64,000 nucleotides of DNA from an uncultured Spirochaetota bacterium (GTDB taxonomy: Bacteria > Spirochaetota > Brevinematia > Brevinematales > JAOACQ01). Of this stretch, positions 52,537-63,115 are shown one piece after another. The stretch's first letter is position 1. Every line of letters starts with the position of its first letter. The stretch spans positions 608,001 through 672,000 of the forward strand of contig CAVYGN010000001.1 in assembly GCA_963768055.1 (NCBI GenBank). The letters are read 5' to 3'. Under the pieces are notes generated by a model. That model saw only the letters and a list, made by a program, of their open reading frames with translations, was not told the DNA's origin and did not search any database. The position numbers and the translations under genes were made by a program.

Positions 52537-53883
52537 ATGAAATCCATATGCTTTCTTTTTGCATCTTTCATTCTCCTGAGCTTCATGCTTGTTTCCTGTG
52601 CTCCACAGGTGCAGAACGCATTGACAAAAGAAAGCCAGGAACAGGCAACTGACACAAATGTTAATGCTGTTTTTCTTGAAAAACAGGAATCTGAGGCTGA
52701 CATTACAGTAAAACATAAGATTCTAATTATGCCCTTTGAATACACATCGACAAACTCTAAATATGCGAATCCTGAAATTTATAAAAAGATTTTCTTCTCA
52801 TCATTCTATAACCTGTTTTCAGTGCTTCCGGCAATTGACCTTCCGGATAAAGGTGTTCTTTTAACGATGAGTCCCTCGGAAGGTACTATTTCAAATCTGG
52901 CTGATCAATACAAATGTGATTTCATTGTCTTTGGTGATTATGGACTTAAAGGCGATAAATCAAAACCTGATGCAACTATAAATTTGAAAATATGGAATAA
53001 ATTAACGGGTGCTATAATAACGAATAGTAAAACAACACCTACTGATATTGAAATTTTCGATGCAATTGATTCTCTTATGGCGAAGATGGTCAAGACAATG
53101 TTGAACGAGGAAATGAAAATAGCATATCTCAATTTCAATAATTTTGACACTGGTAAAGAGCCTCTTGGGATTTTTATCAATCATAAGCTTGTGGCTGAGC
53201 CGATTTCAAATGATTTTAACCTTAATATGAAAATATTGTCGGGAAAAGAATACAAGGTTGCTGTCAGAAGGATGTTCGATGGTAAACTCCTTGCAGAATC
53301 TGTTGCAAATTTAAAACCGGGTGAATCGATGAATTTCAGCGCAACGAATTACAGGGTGAATCTTATCAAGAATGGTGAATTTGATAAGACAAATGAATTA
53401 ATACATTTGGAATTTAAATCTAATTATGATTATTATAATAAAATGTTGTCTATTGAACATATAGGTAAATGGCATTTTACGGGGGGTAGAGATGGAGCTA
53501 AAGAAACGGCAAATATAGAAAATGATGAATGTAATATTAAAATAAAGGAAACTGGGCCAAATTGGTATTCTGCAACTCTCAATAATGCTCCAATTAAATT
53601 GGAAGATGGGAAAAAATATCGTTTTTCTTTTGATGCAAAATCTACAAAACCTTTTAAACTTTTTACTAAAATTGAAAAATTGTGGACTTGGGAAAATTAT
53701 TTGTTTTTGAATGGGGGACGAAATCGCTTTGATCCATTTTTAGTAGTTTTAAATAAAGAAGAGAAAAATTACTCGTTTATATTTAAAATGCATTCGAATG
53801 ACAAGGAATCTGAATTAATTTTTGGTTTTGGTGATATTGGCGATGTCTGGATAAGCAATGTTTGGTTGGAAGAAATCGATTGA
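52537..53883 (+). CDS. Lipoprotein with a CBM4/9-like domain (paralogue 2)
   Basis: First ~73 aa and upstream DNA near-identical to the 34196 gene; divergent C-terminus. Confidence 0.8.
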   Translation: MKSICFLFASFILLSFMLVSCAPQVQNALTKESQEQATDTNVNAVFLEKQESEADITVKHKILIMPFEYTSTNSKYANPEIYKKIFFSSFYNLFSVLPAIDLPDKGVLLTMSPSEGTISNLADQYKCDFIVFGDYGLKGDKSKPDATINLKIWNKLTGAIITNSKTTPTDIEIFDAIDSLMAKMVKTMLNEEMKIAYLNFNNFDTGKEPLGIFINHKLVAEPISNDFNLNMKILSGKEYKVAVRRMFDGKLLAESVANLKPGESMNFSATNYRVNLIKNGEFDKTNELIHLEFKSNYDYYNKMLSIEHIGKWHFTGGRDGAKETANIENDECNIKIKETGPNWYSATLNNAPIKLEDGKKYRFSFDAKSTKPFKLFTKIEKLWTWENYLFLNGGRNRFDPFLVVLNKEEKNYSFIFKMHSNDKESELIFGFGDIGDVWISNVWLEEID

Positions 53884-53974
53884 TATAAATTGTTTTTAGA
53901 ATTTTATCTTTGCTGATTAAAATAACCTTCATATGCTCACACTTTTTTATCCATCTTATGAAAATCACATAAAA

Positions 53975-54175
53975 CCTGTTTCCTTTCGCATATCGTTTTT
54001 TCAGAATATCAATAGCATTATCCTGATGAAAATGGTAAAATCCTTTGGCTGAAAAGAGTCTGATAATGATAAAAACTACTATGGCTAAAAAAAGCAAATG
54101 AATCAGACCACCAAAGCCCCATCCCCATCCCCACATCCCATGCCAGCCGTTTTGCCAATAATTAATCCACATCAT
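53975..54175 (-). pseudogene. SHOCT-domain membrane protein truncated at a repeat junction
   Basis: GMWGWGWGFG TM, AIDILKKRYAKG, then runs into the family-D repeat. Confidence 0.6.
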
Positions 54176-54341
54176 AATTATGCCTCACAAAGTTTTTCAT
54201 ATATAAGATAATAGTTATAGGATTTTCATTAGACAATTCTTTTATCTTAAAGTCTGCCTTTCGATTTGAAGTATTACCAGGTTGTTTGACAAATATTGTT
54301 AAATTCAGATAAGATTATTGAATTTAAAAATGGGGTTAAAA

Positions 54342-55724
54342 ATGCAACAAACAATTTTTTCATTGAGGAAGCCTATAAAGTATTTCTATTTCCTTTTACT
54401 GGTTGTCATTTTCCCTTATCAAGTATTCTCGGATATTGGTCCTCTCCAGGCTCATATCGGTAATGTTGTTATGGTCTCAAATAAAGATATTATTCTTGAA
54501 AATGAGGTCATAAATTTACACTTGTTCAAAGACCATTTTGATGTTGAAGTTATTTATCATTTTTTTAATACGGGGAAAGAACAGAATATAATTGTTGGTT
54601 TTCCTGCAGCATATGGTTCTGGTTTCTCCAGCTATGAACTGATAACAAATTACCATATCTATGATTACGATAAGGAAGTAAAAGTCTATATATCAGGTGA
54701 TACAAATGCTTACGAAATTATTAAAAACGCAAAAAATCCTGCATATAATGGCGAAATTGACCATACCTATGAATGCTCTAAGTTATTTTTTAAAGAGAAT
54801 GAAAAGAAACTAATCAGGAATACTTATTCGCAAAAATACCAATATGTATATGGTAATCCCTTGCGTATTTCTGCAAATTATATCTTAAATACAGGCAGTT
54901 TTTGGAAAGACAATATTAAATCAATTGATGTGAATGCTTATTTTGATGATAATACCTTAGATGGTTTTCAGGATAGATATGAATATTTTAATCTTAAAGA
55001 AGGGTCTGAAGGAATCCATTTTAAAAATGCCTTAGAAGTATTTCCAACAAATTACCAGATTGAGAATAATATTGTCAAACTTCATCTTGAAAATATAAAA
55101 CCCGATTTTGATATTAAAATAGTTCTTCCCAGGTATCTTTATTCTGATTTGTCCGAAAGCTCAGAATTAAAAGATGACAAATATAATTATTCTGTTTCGA
55201 ATGTAATAAATGATGATCCTAATTCAACTTGGGTGGCTGGGGGGAGAAAAGATGGAATTAACGAAAATATTACATTGTTTGTAGGGAATCAATTAAACAT
55301 AGCATTTAACAAAACATTTCAGAAAACATTTACTCCAATATTGATTGATAAAATAGGAATAATTAATGGTTTGTCTGCAAATTCAAATTTGTTCTATGAA
55401 AATAATAGAGTAAAAAAAATAAAGATAACACACAATTATCCCAAGGTAAATGGATATTTGAACACTATGTATTTTGAATCTAAAGAAGTCTCTGAAGTTT
55501 ATGATCTTAAAGATATTATGGAAATGCAATATATCGAGTTTAAGAAACCTGTTTTAGCCAGTTATTTAAAATTTACAATCCTGGATATCTACATGGGAAC
55601 AAAATATCCTCACGATACCTGTATTTCAAAGATAAGAGTTATAACGGAAAAGACAAATGGATTTTCTATGTCTCACTGGCAACAAGATTCAGATAGGAAA
55701 TGGATTTACATTATCAATAAATAG
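54342..55724 (+). CDS. Secreted DUF4424-like + NADase-type glycan-binding domain protein
   Basis: Signal peptide; Y.F.N....VGFP; YIL.TG..W; D..TW..G..DG..E, NNRVK, I.DIY.G.KY.DTCIS. Confidence 0.7.
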   Translation: MQQTIFSLRKPIKYFYFLLLVVIFPYQVFSDIGPLQAHIGNVVMVSNKDIILENEVINLHLFKDHFDVEVIYHFFNTGKEQNIIVGFPAAYGSGFSSYELITNYHIYDYDKEVKVYISGDTNAYEIIKNAKNPAYNGEIDHTYECSKLFFKENEKKLIRNTYSQKYQYVYGNPLRISANYILNTGSFWKDNIKSIDVNAYFDDNTLDGFQDRYEYFNLKEGSEGIHFKNALEVFPTNYQIENNIVKLHLENIKPDFDIKIVLPRYLYSDLSESSELKDDKYNYSVSNVINDDPNSTWVAGGRKDGINENITLFVGNQLNIAFNKTFQKTFTPILIDKIGIINGLSANSNLFYENNRVKKIKITHNYPKVNGYLNTMYFESKEVSEVYDLKDIMEMQYIEFKKPVLASYLKFTILDIYMGTKYPHDTCISKIRVITEKTNGFSMSHWQQDSDRKWIYIINK

Positions 55725-55911
55725 ATAAGATAAAAAAATAAAATAATTTTACTCTATAATGGGTAGCCTTTCCACCACCATAAATTTAAAAATTACAGGG
55801 TGTTTTGAAGTTCCGGGAAGGATGAAATAGCATTGGAGATAATCTTCTTCCCCCGCTTATCCGAGTTAGTGCTTTAAACCGGTTTTTGTCAAGGGAGTTG
55901 TCGCTTTTATT

Positions 55912-56940
55912 TTACGCCGCAACCAACGATTCCTTGTTAGTCTTACTCGGGTTTAAAAATACCGATTCTATCCGTTCCCATTTTTTAGATTCTCCTGACC
56001 ATCTTTCAGGATGTCTGCTTTTTGCAGCCGCATAAGTTTCCGCTCTCTTCAGGAGTATCGCCTTATCTTTACCTTCATGTCTCTGTGCTGGTGTGACATA
56101 TCCGATCCCTGAATGAAGATGTTTATTATTATACCAGTCTACAAAATTTTGCATCCATATTTCTACCGATTCCATTGTCTCGAAATTGCCTGGGTATTTC
56201 ACATTATATTTCAATGTTTTAAACAATGATTCTGAGTAAGGGTTATCGTTACTTACACTCGGCCTTGAAAACGACGGCATAACCTGTAACCTCTGCAAGG
56301 TCGCTAACATCGTAGCCCCTTTCATAGGAGAACCATTATCAGAATGTAAATACAAGCCTTTCAAATCAATGGTTTCTCCGATCTCTGCCACCATTCTTGC
56401 GGCATGATCAGAGCTTTCCTCCTCGTGCATTTTCCAGCCGACTATCTTACGGCTCCAGACATCTTCGATCATATAGAGGTAGAAATACTTACCTTTTATA
56501 TGACTGGATATATATGTAATATCCCAACTCCATACCTGATTAGGACCCGTCGCTTCCAGTTCTCTTGGCGTTTTCCTTGCCGTTTTCGGCTTCGTTTCGT
56601 ATCTATGGTGCAGCAAATCATTGTCCTTTAAAACGCGGTAAAAAGATGATTCTGATGCTATATACCGACCTTCCTCTGCCAGCATGGGCACTATTTCATT
56701 CGGCGTCATATCTCTAAATCTCTCGCTGCAACAGCAGGAGATGATCTCCTCCCTTTCTTCGGCCGACAGGGCATTTGAAGGCATTACATTTCTCAATTTT
56801 CTTCTGTCTCCCTCAAGATTTTTATTCCAGCGCTGTATGGTCCTTATATCATAGCCAGATTCTTCACAAGCCTTATCCCTGCTGGCCCCTGTCGTAACAG
56901 CCTCATTAATCAAGGCACAGATATCTATGCGTATATCCAA
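55912..56940 (-). CDS. IS3 OrfB transposase
   Basis: Highly similar to 3294-4322. Confidence 0.95.
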   Translation of the reverse strand: MDIRIDICALINEAVTTGASRDKACEESGYDIRTIQRWNKNLEGDRRKLRNVMPSNALSAEEREEIISCCCSERFRDMTPNEIVPMLAEEGRYIASESSFYRVLKDNDLLHHRYETKPKTARKTPRELEATGPNQVWSWDITYISSHIKGKYFYLYMIEDVWSRKIVGWKMHEEESSDHAARMVAEIGETIDLKGLYLHSDNGSPMKGATMLATLQRLQVMPSFSRPSVSNDNPYSESLFKTLKYNVKYPGNFETMESVEIWMQNFVDWYNNKHLHSGIGYVTPAQRHEGKDKAILLKRAETYAAAKSRHPERWSGESKKWERIESVFLNPSKTNKESLVAA

Positions 56941-56945
56941 TGGAG

Positions 56946-57428
56946 TTAATCTTCCTCGATCCCGAACAGCTTGTTCAGTTTTTTTTTAAGCACCAGCAGA
57001 GAAGTAACCTCGGCTATAGTTTTATCCTTACGGTTAATTTCTTTTTCTAACTCTATGATTTTTGCTTTCAAACCCTTGTTTTCTTCTCTGTATGAGTTAT
57101 TAGATATCACTGATAAACACTCCTGTTTCCAGAGTTCGATATGAGTCGACTGGAGACCATTTTTTCTCAACCACTGTCCTAACTCTTCTCCCGATTGGCT
57201 TGCTGCGTCTACTACCGCCTGATATTTATCAGATAATTTCCAGCCTCTCGGGCTTCTATCCTGGAATCCTCTGGATACATTATTCTGGATCATTTTCCTC
57301 CAGTTGTAAAGGGTTTGTTCACATACTCCTATTTCCTGGCTCAGTTCAGATACTGTTTTTCCTCCTGGCATACACATCTTTTGAACGATAGATTTCCTGA
57401 ATTCCTCTGAACGAATTTGACTATTCAT
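56946..57428 (-). CDS. IS3 OrfA
   Basis: Similar to 2809-3288; same A9C run. Confidence 0.9.
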   Translation of the reverse strand: MNSQIRSEEFRKSIVQKMCMPGGKTVSELSQEIGVCEQTLYNWRKMIQNNVSRGFQDRSPRGWKLSDKYQAVVDAASQSGEELGQWLRKNGLQSTHIELWKQECLSVISNNSYREENKGLKAKIIELEKEINRKDKTIAEVTSLLVLKKKLNKLFGIEED

Positions 57429-57566
57429 TTTTTGTCTCCTAATATTTTAGGCGACAACTATCCTAACACACGGGGAAACCTTATAATCCATATCAATCCT
57501 CCATTGTGGAATGACAAATATTATAGGGTAATATAAAATTTTACCGTCAAATTATTGCGTTCGAAG

Positions 57567-58957
57567 TTATCTGTAAACCTCGATCGGGCCGAAATACATA
57601 TTGTATGTGCCCAGGCGCCCGCCCCTGAGAGTGTCGACATTGAAGAACTCGAGCGTCTTTATCGGGAAGTTGAGTATGCCGTTAAGTACGGCGTTAGTGG
57701 GCTGGTTGTCCCTCCTCCTGCGGAGCTTGCAGAAGGGTATGGTTATCCTCTTCCATCCCTTCCAGTCGTCGTCAACGACATATATCCACCTCTGATTATA
57801 CGCGTCCGTGATAATGATGTTAAACCACTTCTTCGACAGGTTCCCGGCCGCCAAGATGCTGAGTGCATCGTACCCCTTCCAGTTTCCCTCGTCAACCGTA
57901 AGAAGTTTAAAACCTGCGTAACCGCCCCCTTGTAACGATACGGAAAGGACAAAACAATTATAAAATGATTTATCGGGAAATCCCGGGATTTCTTTTTGAT
58001 TAACGTAAAAGAAATTGGTAGTAATAGCGCCGTTATTTTGCTGGATTAATTCTGATATAATTTGACCGTAAAAGAAATTGGTAGTTATGCTTCCAGAACC
58101 TATGCTGACATCATAATAAATTGGTCCAACATATCCCCTAACATTCTTGAAATCGGTGACGAGTTTCCTGTTGGTCGCGAAGCTGATATTAGTCGATTCC
58201 CCGGCGTCAAGCTGGACACCCGTATCGATAACCTCGGCCCCGTCGCTTACTCGTTTCATGGAACATGGTATTTAGTTTTCGACAGTATTTTCAGTTCCAG
58301 CGAGAAATCCCTGTTGGAAGGGTTCGCCACAAGCCTGTCGTTGACATAAAGCTCGTATTCCTCGGGGGGGATGCTGAAATTGCCGAATTTTAAAAAGGCG
58401 AGTTTTTTGTCCTCTTTAAGGATCGACTTGACGATATAGCCTGTCATGCCGTCGATACCCTCAAAAATGTCCTCGTCAGTCGGCACCTTGAAAACGTTCG
58501 TTATTTCGCTTTTTGTTATCCTGCTCCATATGATAAGATTAATATTCGCCTCCGGGTCGGACCTTTTCCCGGAAAAAAAATAGTTTCCGTAAACGATAAA
58601 ATCGGCCTTATTTGCGGCGGCTGTTTCTCCAGGGTTCTGCATTATTATTGTATCGAGTTCCTGCTTTTCAGGCAGATCTATCGAAGGCACGAGTGAAAAC
58701 AGCGAATAAAAAGAATTGAACATCATGGTACTGACTACTTTAGTGTTTACATACTTGATTTTTCCGTTCGTGTCGCTCACATAGTCGAAGGGCAGTATAA
58801 GCATCTTGTGTTCCTTAACTATTATAAAGTTAGTGTCCCTCGCGACTTCCAGATAGACGTTTTCTTCGCTATTCTTCGCGGAATTCGAACATGAGAAATA
58901 AAACAGCGAGGTCACGATAAATGCCGAGGCAAGGCAAAAGATATTCCTGACAGGCAT
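57567..58957 (-). CDS. Lipoprotein paralogue 3 with a CBM11/CIA30-like tip; 1-nt frameshift near 58260
   Basis: Shares HK.LI.PF, FYSLFS..PSIDLP, DFIV.G.Y, F.NF, VN.RLVA.P with the other two; KTKYHV continues as MKRVSDG in another frame; WKGWKRITIPF. Confidence 0.7.
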
Positions 58958-59096
58958 AATTCGATCCCCCTTTCTAGATAATATATATTAATGTGTCTGA
59001 TACGATCGATTATAATTTTTGAATAAGTCTAAGTCGATATTTCCCAAATGGCTCATCATTTTTGCCATCCTCGAAAGCTCCTTCATTACCATAACA

Positions 59097-59125
59097 ATTA
59101 TACCATGACCAAAACATCGTGTCAA
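59097..59125 (-). promoter_or_regulatory. Family-C repeated promoter, copy 2
   Basis: TTGACA cgatgttttggtcatgg TATAAT. Confidence 0.75.
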
Positions 59126-59293
59126 ACCAATTTTTGACTGTTTTTGATTGCAGGCTAATAAAAATACCTCCTTCATTCTCTATTTCTTCGCAGTCAGTGC
59201 ATTATTCCTCCCTTTTTTTTATAAAAACCGACAGTAAACACACCTCTATTTCAACCTTCCTTCTTTGTCCAGCCTGCCGTTCTTCATTGAATT

Positions 59294-59322
59294 TTGATAA
59301 AAGAGCCGGAAGGGGATAGAAT
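59294..59322 (+). promoter_or_regulatory. Family-A repeated promoter
   Basis: ttgata aaagagccggaagggga tagaat. Confidence 0.75.
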
Positions 59323-59420
59323 GAGGAATATTTATCAGCTTTTCATAAGTTTTGGACAATTATTGTGATAATTATTAATAAAATTATGATATAATATTTT
59401 CATAAAAAAGGAGGATTATT

Positions 59421-59924
59421 ATGCCGGATTCAATTCTTGTTGCCTATACTACAGTTGCGGGTTCAACAAAGGAAGTTGCTGAAAATTTAGGAATGGTGTT
59501 GAAAGAGGATGGTTTTAAAGTTGATATCTTACCTTTAAAAGAAATATCTTCAGTTGAAGGTTATAAAGCAATTATAATAGGGGCGCCTCTCTATATGTTT
59601 CATTGGCACAAAGATGCTCATCGTTTTCTTGAGAAGTACCGTAAAAACTTAATAAATATCCCTATAGCAGTTTTTGCTCTTGGACCCTTTAATGATGTAG
59701 AGAAAGAATGGAATGACGTAAAAGCCAACTTTGTTTTAGAATTAACAAAACATTCCTGGTTAATACCTGTTGATTCAACAATATTTGGCGGAAAATTTGA
59801 TCCTTCTAAACTGAAATTCCCATTTAATTTAATTCCAGCACTTAAGAAGCTACCTACCAGTGATATTAGAGATTGGGACAAAATAAGGTTTTGGGCTGAT
59901 AACTTGGCTAGTAAAATTAAATAA
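59421..59924 (+). CDS. Flavodoxin-domain (HemG-like) protein
   Basis: YTT..GSTKEVA, IIGAPLY, D.RDWDKI..WA. Confidence 0.9.
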   Translation: MPDSILVAYTTVAGSTKEVAENLGMVLKEDGFKVDILPLKEISSVEGYKAIIIGAPLYMFHWHKDAHRFLEKYRKNLINIPIAVFALGPFNDVEKEWNDVKANFVLELTKHSWLIPVDSTIFGGKFDPSKLKFPFNLIPALKKLPTSDIRDWDKIRFWADNLASKIK

Positions 59925-59976
59925 CTTTTACTTATTGGTAACCAAGTGATACACCTTGCCAGACAAATAGTGAATT

Positions 59977-60005
59977 TTGATAAAAGTGCCAAGGGAAGAT
60001 AGAAT
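59977..60005 (+). promoter_or_regulatory. Family-A repeated promoter
   Basis: gccagacaaat..gaattttgata aaagtgccaagggaaga tagaat. Confidence 0.75.
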
Positions 60006-60030
60006 AAAGGAAAAATTTTGGAGGAGTATA

Positions 60031-60684
60031 ATGTTTGAAAGGTTAACAATAGAGCACGATAAAAAATTTGAAGATATTATTGAATCACGCCGCTCAGTAA
60101 GAGCGTTCAAATCAAATCCTCCCGAGGATGATATTATAAAGAAGATAATCTCTGCGGGTCTTATTGCTCCATTTGCTGCAATCCCGGCTGCTGGAACCAA
60201 AGATTTTCGAAAGTTTTTTATTATACCTGCAGCATCAAAAACAATTGAACAAATTTCAATGATTGTAGATGAACGACTCCAAATGTTAAAAGAGTCTCTT
60301 GAAAAAGAGTATGGAGATCATCCATATACAAATTTTATAAAACTGGCAGCTTCTGCAAAGTTTCAGAAAATAATTGGGAATGCACCTTTTTTAATAATTG
60401 CTGCTGAAAGGAAAGGAATACCTTCTAATACATCTGAATCTTTAAGTTATTGTATGTATAATATGTGGCTTAGAGCAATATCTTTGAAAATTGGTTTCTG
60501 CCTATTTTCATTATTGACAACATTAAACTTAGAAAATGATTCCAAGTTTTGCAATACAATAAAATTACCTATCGGAACCTTTGCTATAAATGCTTGTTTA
60601 ATAGGCTATCCCGATGATTCTTTTAAAGTTCAGCCAGTAAATTATCCTGATTATGATCAAAATATAATGTGGTTTAAAAATTAA
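60031..60684 (+). CDS. Nitroreductase family protein
   Basis: RRSVRAF, AP, NMWL.A..L.IG.C, IGYP. Confidence 0.9.
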   Translation: MFERLTIEHDKKFEDIIESRRSVRAFKSNPPEDDIIKKIISAGLIAPFAAIPAAGTKDFRKFFIIPAASKTIEQISMIVDERLQMLKESLEKEYGDHPYTNFIKLAASAKFQKIIGNAPFLIIAAERKGIPSNTSESLSYCMYNMWLRAISLKIGFCLFSLLTTLNLENDSKFCNTIKLPIGTFAINACLIGYPDDSFKVQPVNYPDYDQNIMWFKN

Positions 60685-60721
60685 TTTCAGTGAATATTAA
60701 TTGCTCTTCCCCCTCTGCTTT

Positions 60722-61084
60722 ATGCAAAAGAAGGAAACCTGTCCAACTAATTTAGTCCCAGCAGATTCATATTTTATGGTAAATGAATCTGGGAAAATAA
60801 TAGGAACAGTTCAAATAAGGCATACATTAAATGAATATTTACTGAACTATGGCGGTCATATCGGTTATGGAATCCGACCATTAGAACGCCAAAAAGGACA
60901 CGCAAAAGTTATATTAAAGCTTGCTTTGAAAAGATGTCTCGAATTGAATATCAGGAAGATTCTAATAACCTGTAATAAAGGCAATATTGCTTCTGCAAAA
61001 ACCATTATTGCTAATGGTGGTGTACTTGAGAATGAAATTCCAGAAGGAGATAAAATAAAGCAAAGATACTGGATTACTATTTAA
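60722..61084 (+). pseudogene. GNAT acetyltransferase, N-terminally truncated
   Basis: IRHTLN..L...GGHIGYGIRP..R.KG; the 5' end abuts the repeat piece ctcttccccctctgcttt. Confidence 0.75.
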
Positions 61085-61157
61085 GTGAAAATTTCTAATT
61101 CTCTCCCGCTGCTTTGCATTCTTCCCCCGTTTTCAGCATTGCCAGACAAATGAAATT

Positions 61158-61186
61158 TTGATAAATCTGAGGGACGGGATTAGAAT
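61158..61186 (+). promoter_or_regulatory. Family-A repeated promoter (divergent spacer)
   Basis: gcattgccagacaaatgaaattttgata-N17-tagaat. Confidence 0.7.
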
Positions 61187-61239
61187 AATAACGGGGGTGG
61201 ATTGATACATTAAACATATAGAGATTCAGAGGGTTGTAA

Positions 61240-61743
61240 ATGTTAGGCCTTGAAAGAAAAAAAGTTATTCTTGTGGAACATGACGATGAATGGATTTCAA
61301 ACTATGAATCAGAATCTACGGCTATAAGGGATGCTTTAGGTGATTTGGTAATCGATATACAGCATTTCGGCAGTACATCTGTACCGGGATTAAAAGCAAA
61401 GCCTATTATTGATATTTTGGTTGGAATACAGTCATTCGATAAAATTGATTTGATTATTAAACAAATGGAATCTTTGGATTACACATATGCTCATTGGGCA
61501 GGAATACCTGATGATTATACTTTCAGAAAAGGTGATAAAACGACATACTTAGTTCATATAGTAATTTATAAAACAAACAATTGGAACCATAATATTACAT
61601 TTCGTGATAAGCTCAGAAACGACTCTGCTTTATTTAAGCAATACGAGAATTTAAAAGAAGGCTTAGCCAAAAAATATCCAGATTCCCGTGAAAAATATAC
61701 AATGGGGAAAAGTAAATTTATTGAAGATACATTGAACGGATAA
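61240..61743 (+). CDS. GrpB family nucleotidyltransferase-like protein
   Basis: QHFGSTSVPGL.AKPIIDI, FRD.LR, Y...K. Confidence 0.92.
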   Translation: MLGLERKKVILVEHDDEWISNYESESTAIRDALGDLVIDIQHFGSTSVPGLKAKPIIDILVGIQSFDKIDLIIKQMESLDYTYAHWAGIPDDYTFRKGDKTTYLVHIVIYKTNNWNHNITFRDKLRNDSALFKQYENLKEGLAKKYPDSREKYTMGKSKFIEDTLNG

Positions 61744-61834
61744 GAAAAGCATCCAGTATTTTATCAGCTCCCTCTGCTTTGCCCGCTGTGAGGGATGTAA
61801 GGTGGGGATATTTTTATTGAAAGGAGATTATTAT

Positions 61835-62608
61835 ATGAATCAGAAAATAGTAAACATGCTTATTAAACCTGGAACAAATGAAAATTTGGAATATTTTGAA
61901 AAAGACGGAATAGAATGGTTACAGGATAAAAGTGATAACAAATATAAGATAGATGATGGAATTATTCGCTTTCTTGCTGGAATTGAATTATCAGGAAATA
62001 ATAAGAGTTTTCAGAAAATGTATGATGGATTTTCAGGATTATATGATTTTGTCACACACTTTTTCGCTCTATTTAGAAGAGGTGGGGAGAAAAGAAGTCT
62101 TATGCAATATCTTTCAGAATTGGATATAATAGATGGTGAGAAAGTTATCGAAATATCTATTGGGACAGGGAGAAATATAAAATATCTGAATCCCCAAGCC
62201 GAATATTTTGGTGTAGACATTTCTTTTGGAATGCTTAGAAAGTGTATGAGAAATATGTTAAAGCGAAGATATACTATTAATCTGATTCAGGCTGAAGCAG
62301 AAAACCTTCCTCTTCGTGATAATTCTTTCGATCATGTTTTTTCTGCCGGAGGTTTTAATTATTTTAATGATAGGCAAAAAGCGATTGATGAAATGTTACG
62401 GATTGCAAAGCCTGGAACTAAATTAATGATTTCTGATGAGCCAGAAAAAATGATGAAATCATTTGAAAATATTCCTATTTTTGGAAAACTTTTTAAGCAG
62501 GATATGTCAAAAAAGCCGATTGATTTTGTTCCAAAAAATTGTCTTGAAATACAGTATAGAGAAATTTGTAATGGCGATCTGTATGTTTTAACTTTTATAA
62601 AACCATAA
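61835..62608 (+). CDS. Class I SAM methyltransferase with a Trm112-like N-terminus
   Basis: Y.I.DGI; IEISIGTG, AEAENLP..DNSFD, KPG. Confidence 0.88.
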   Translation: MNQKIVNMLIKPGTNENLEYFEKDGIEWLQDKSDNKYKIDDGIIRFLAGIELSGNNKSFQKMYDGFSGLYDFVTHFFALFRRGGEKRSLMQYLSELDIIDGEKVIEISIGTGRNIKYLNPQAEYFGVDISFGMLRKCMRNMLKRRYTINLIQAEAENLPLRDNSFDHVFSAGGFNYFNDRQKAIDEMLRIAKPGTKLMISDEPEKMMKSFENIPIFGKLFKQDMSKKPIDFVPKNCLEIQYREICNGDLYVLTFIKP

Positions 62609-62746
62609 TAGGAACTATCTATTGCCAGGTAAGAATTATTCAATCTTCATACTATTCCCCATCTTTCATTTCCCCTTGCCTTTTCTTTACCCCCTTCCCC
62701 CTTTATTATATAATACTCTCAAGAATTTCAAATAGAGAGGGGAATT

Positions 62747-63040
62747 ATGGCAACCGATTACTTTGAAGCGAGAAAAGCTGCAAGAAAGCCGGTTTGTATA
62801 GAAGCTGCTTATGAGTTGAATGGCATAAAAGCTGACTGTGCCATTTTAGACATATCCTCTTCAGGATTAAGAATGCGGGTAAAGGGGCTTCTTTATAAGA
62901 ACGACAAAGTTAATATAAAATTGGATGATCAGAAATTTCCTTCAATGGTAGTTTATGTTGAAGGAAATATTATTGATGTTCATTTTATGGAACTAACGGA
63001 TAGTCAGTTAAATTATATTTTCAAACTTAAAGGATTTTGA
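62747..63040 (+). CDS. PilZ domain protein
   Basis: RxxxR (RKAAR) and DISSSG motifs. Confidence 0.85.
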   Translation: MATDYFEARKAARKPVCIEAAYELNGIKADCAILDISSSGLRMRVKGLLYKNDKVNIKLDDQKFPSMVVYVEGNIIDVHFMELTDSQLNYIFKLKGF

Positions 63041-63115
63041 TAAAGTTAATTAGCAGAGAGGTATCTTATGGCTGAATGTGAAAGCTTGAACTCGCAGGGA
63101 GTGATCGTAGTAATA

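Larger units (their letters stand above)
55880..57475 (-). mobile_element. IS3-family insertion sequence, copy 2 (diverged isoform)
   Basis: 4-bp duplication AAAC (55876-55879 and 57476-57479); same end structure as copy 1. Confidence 0.95.
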
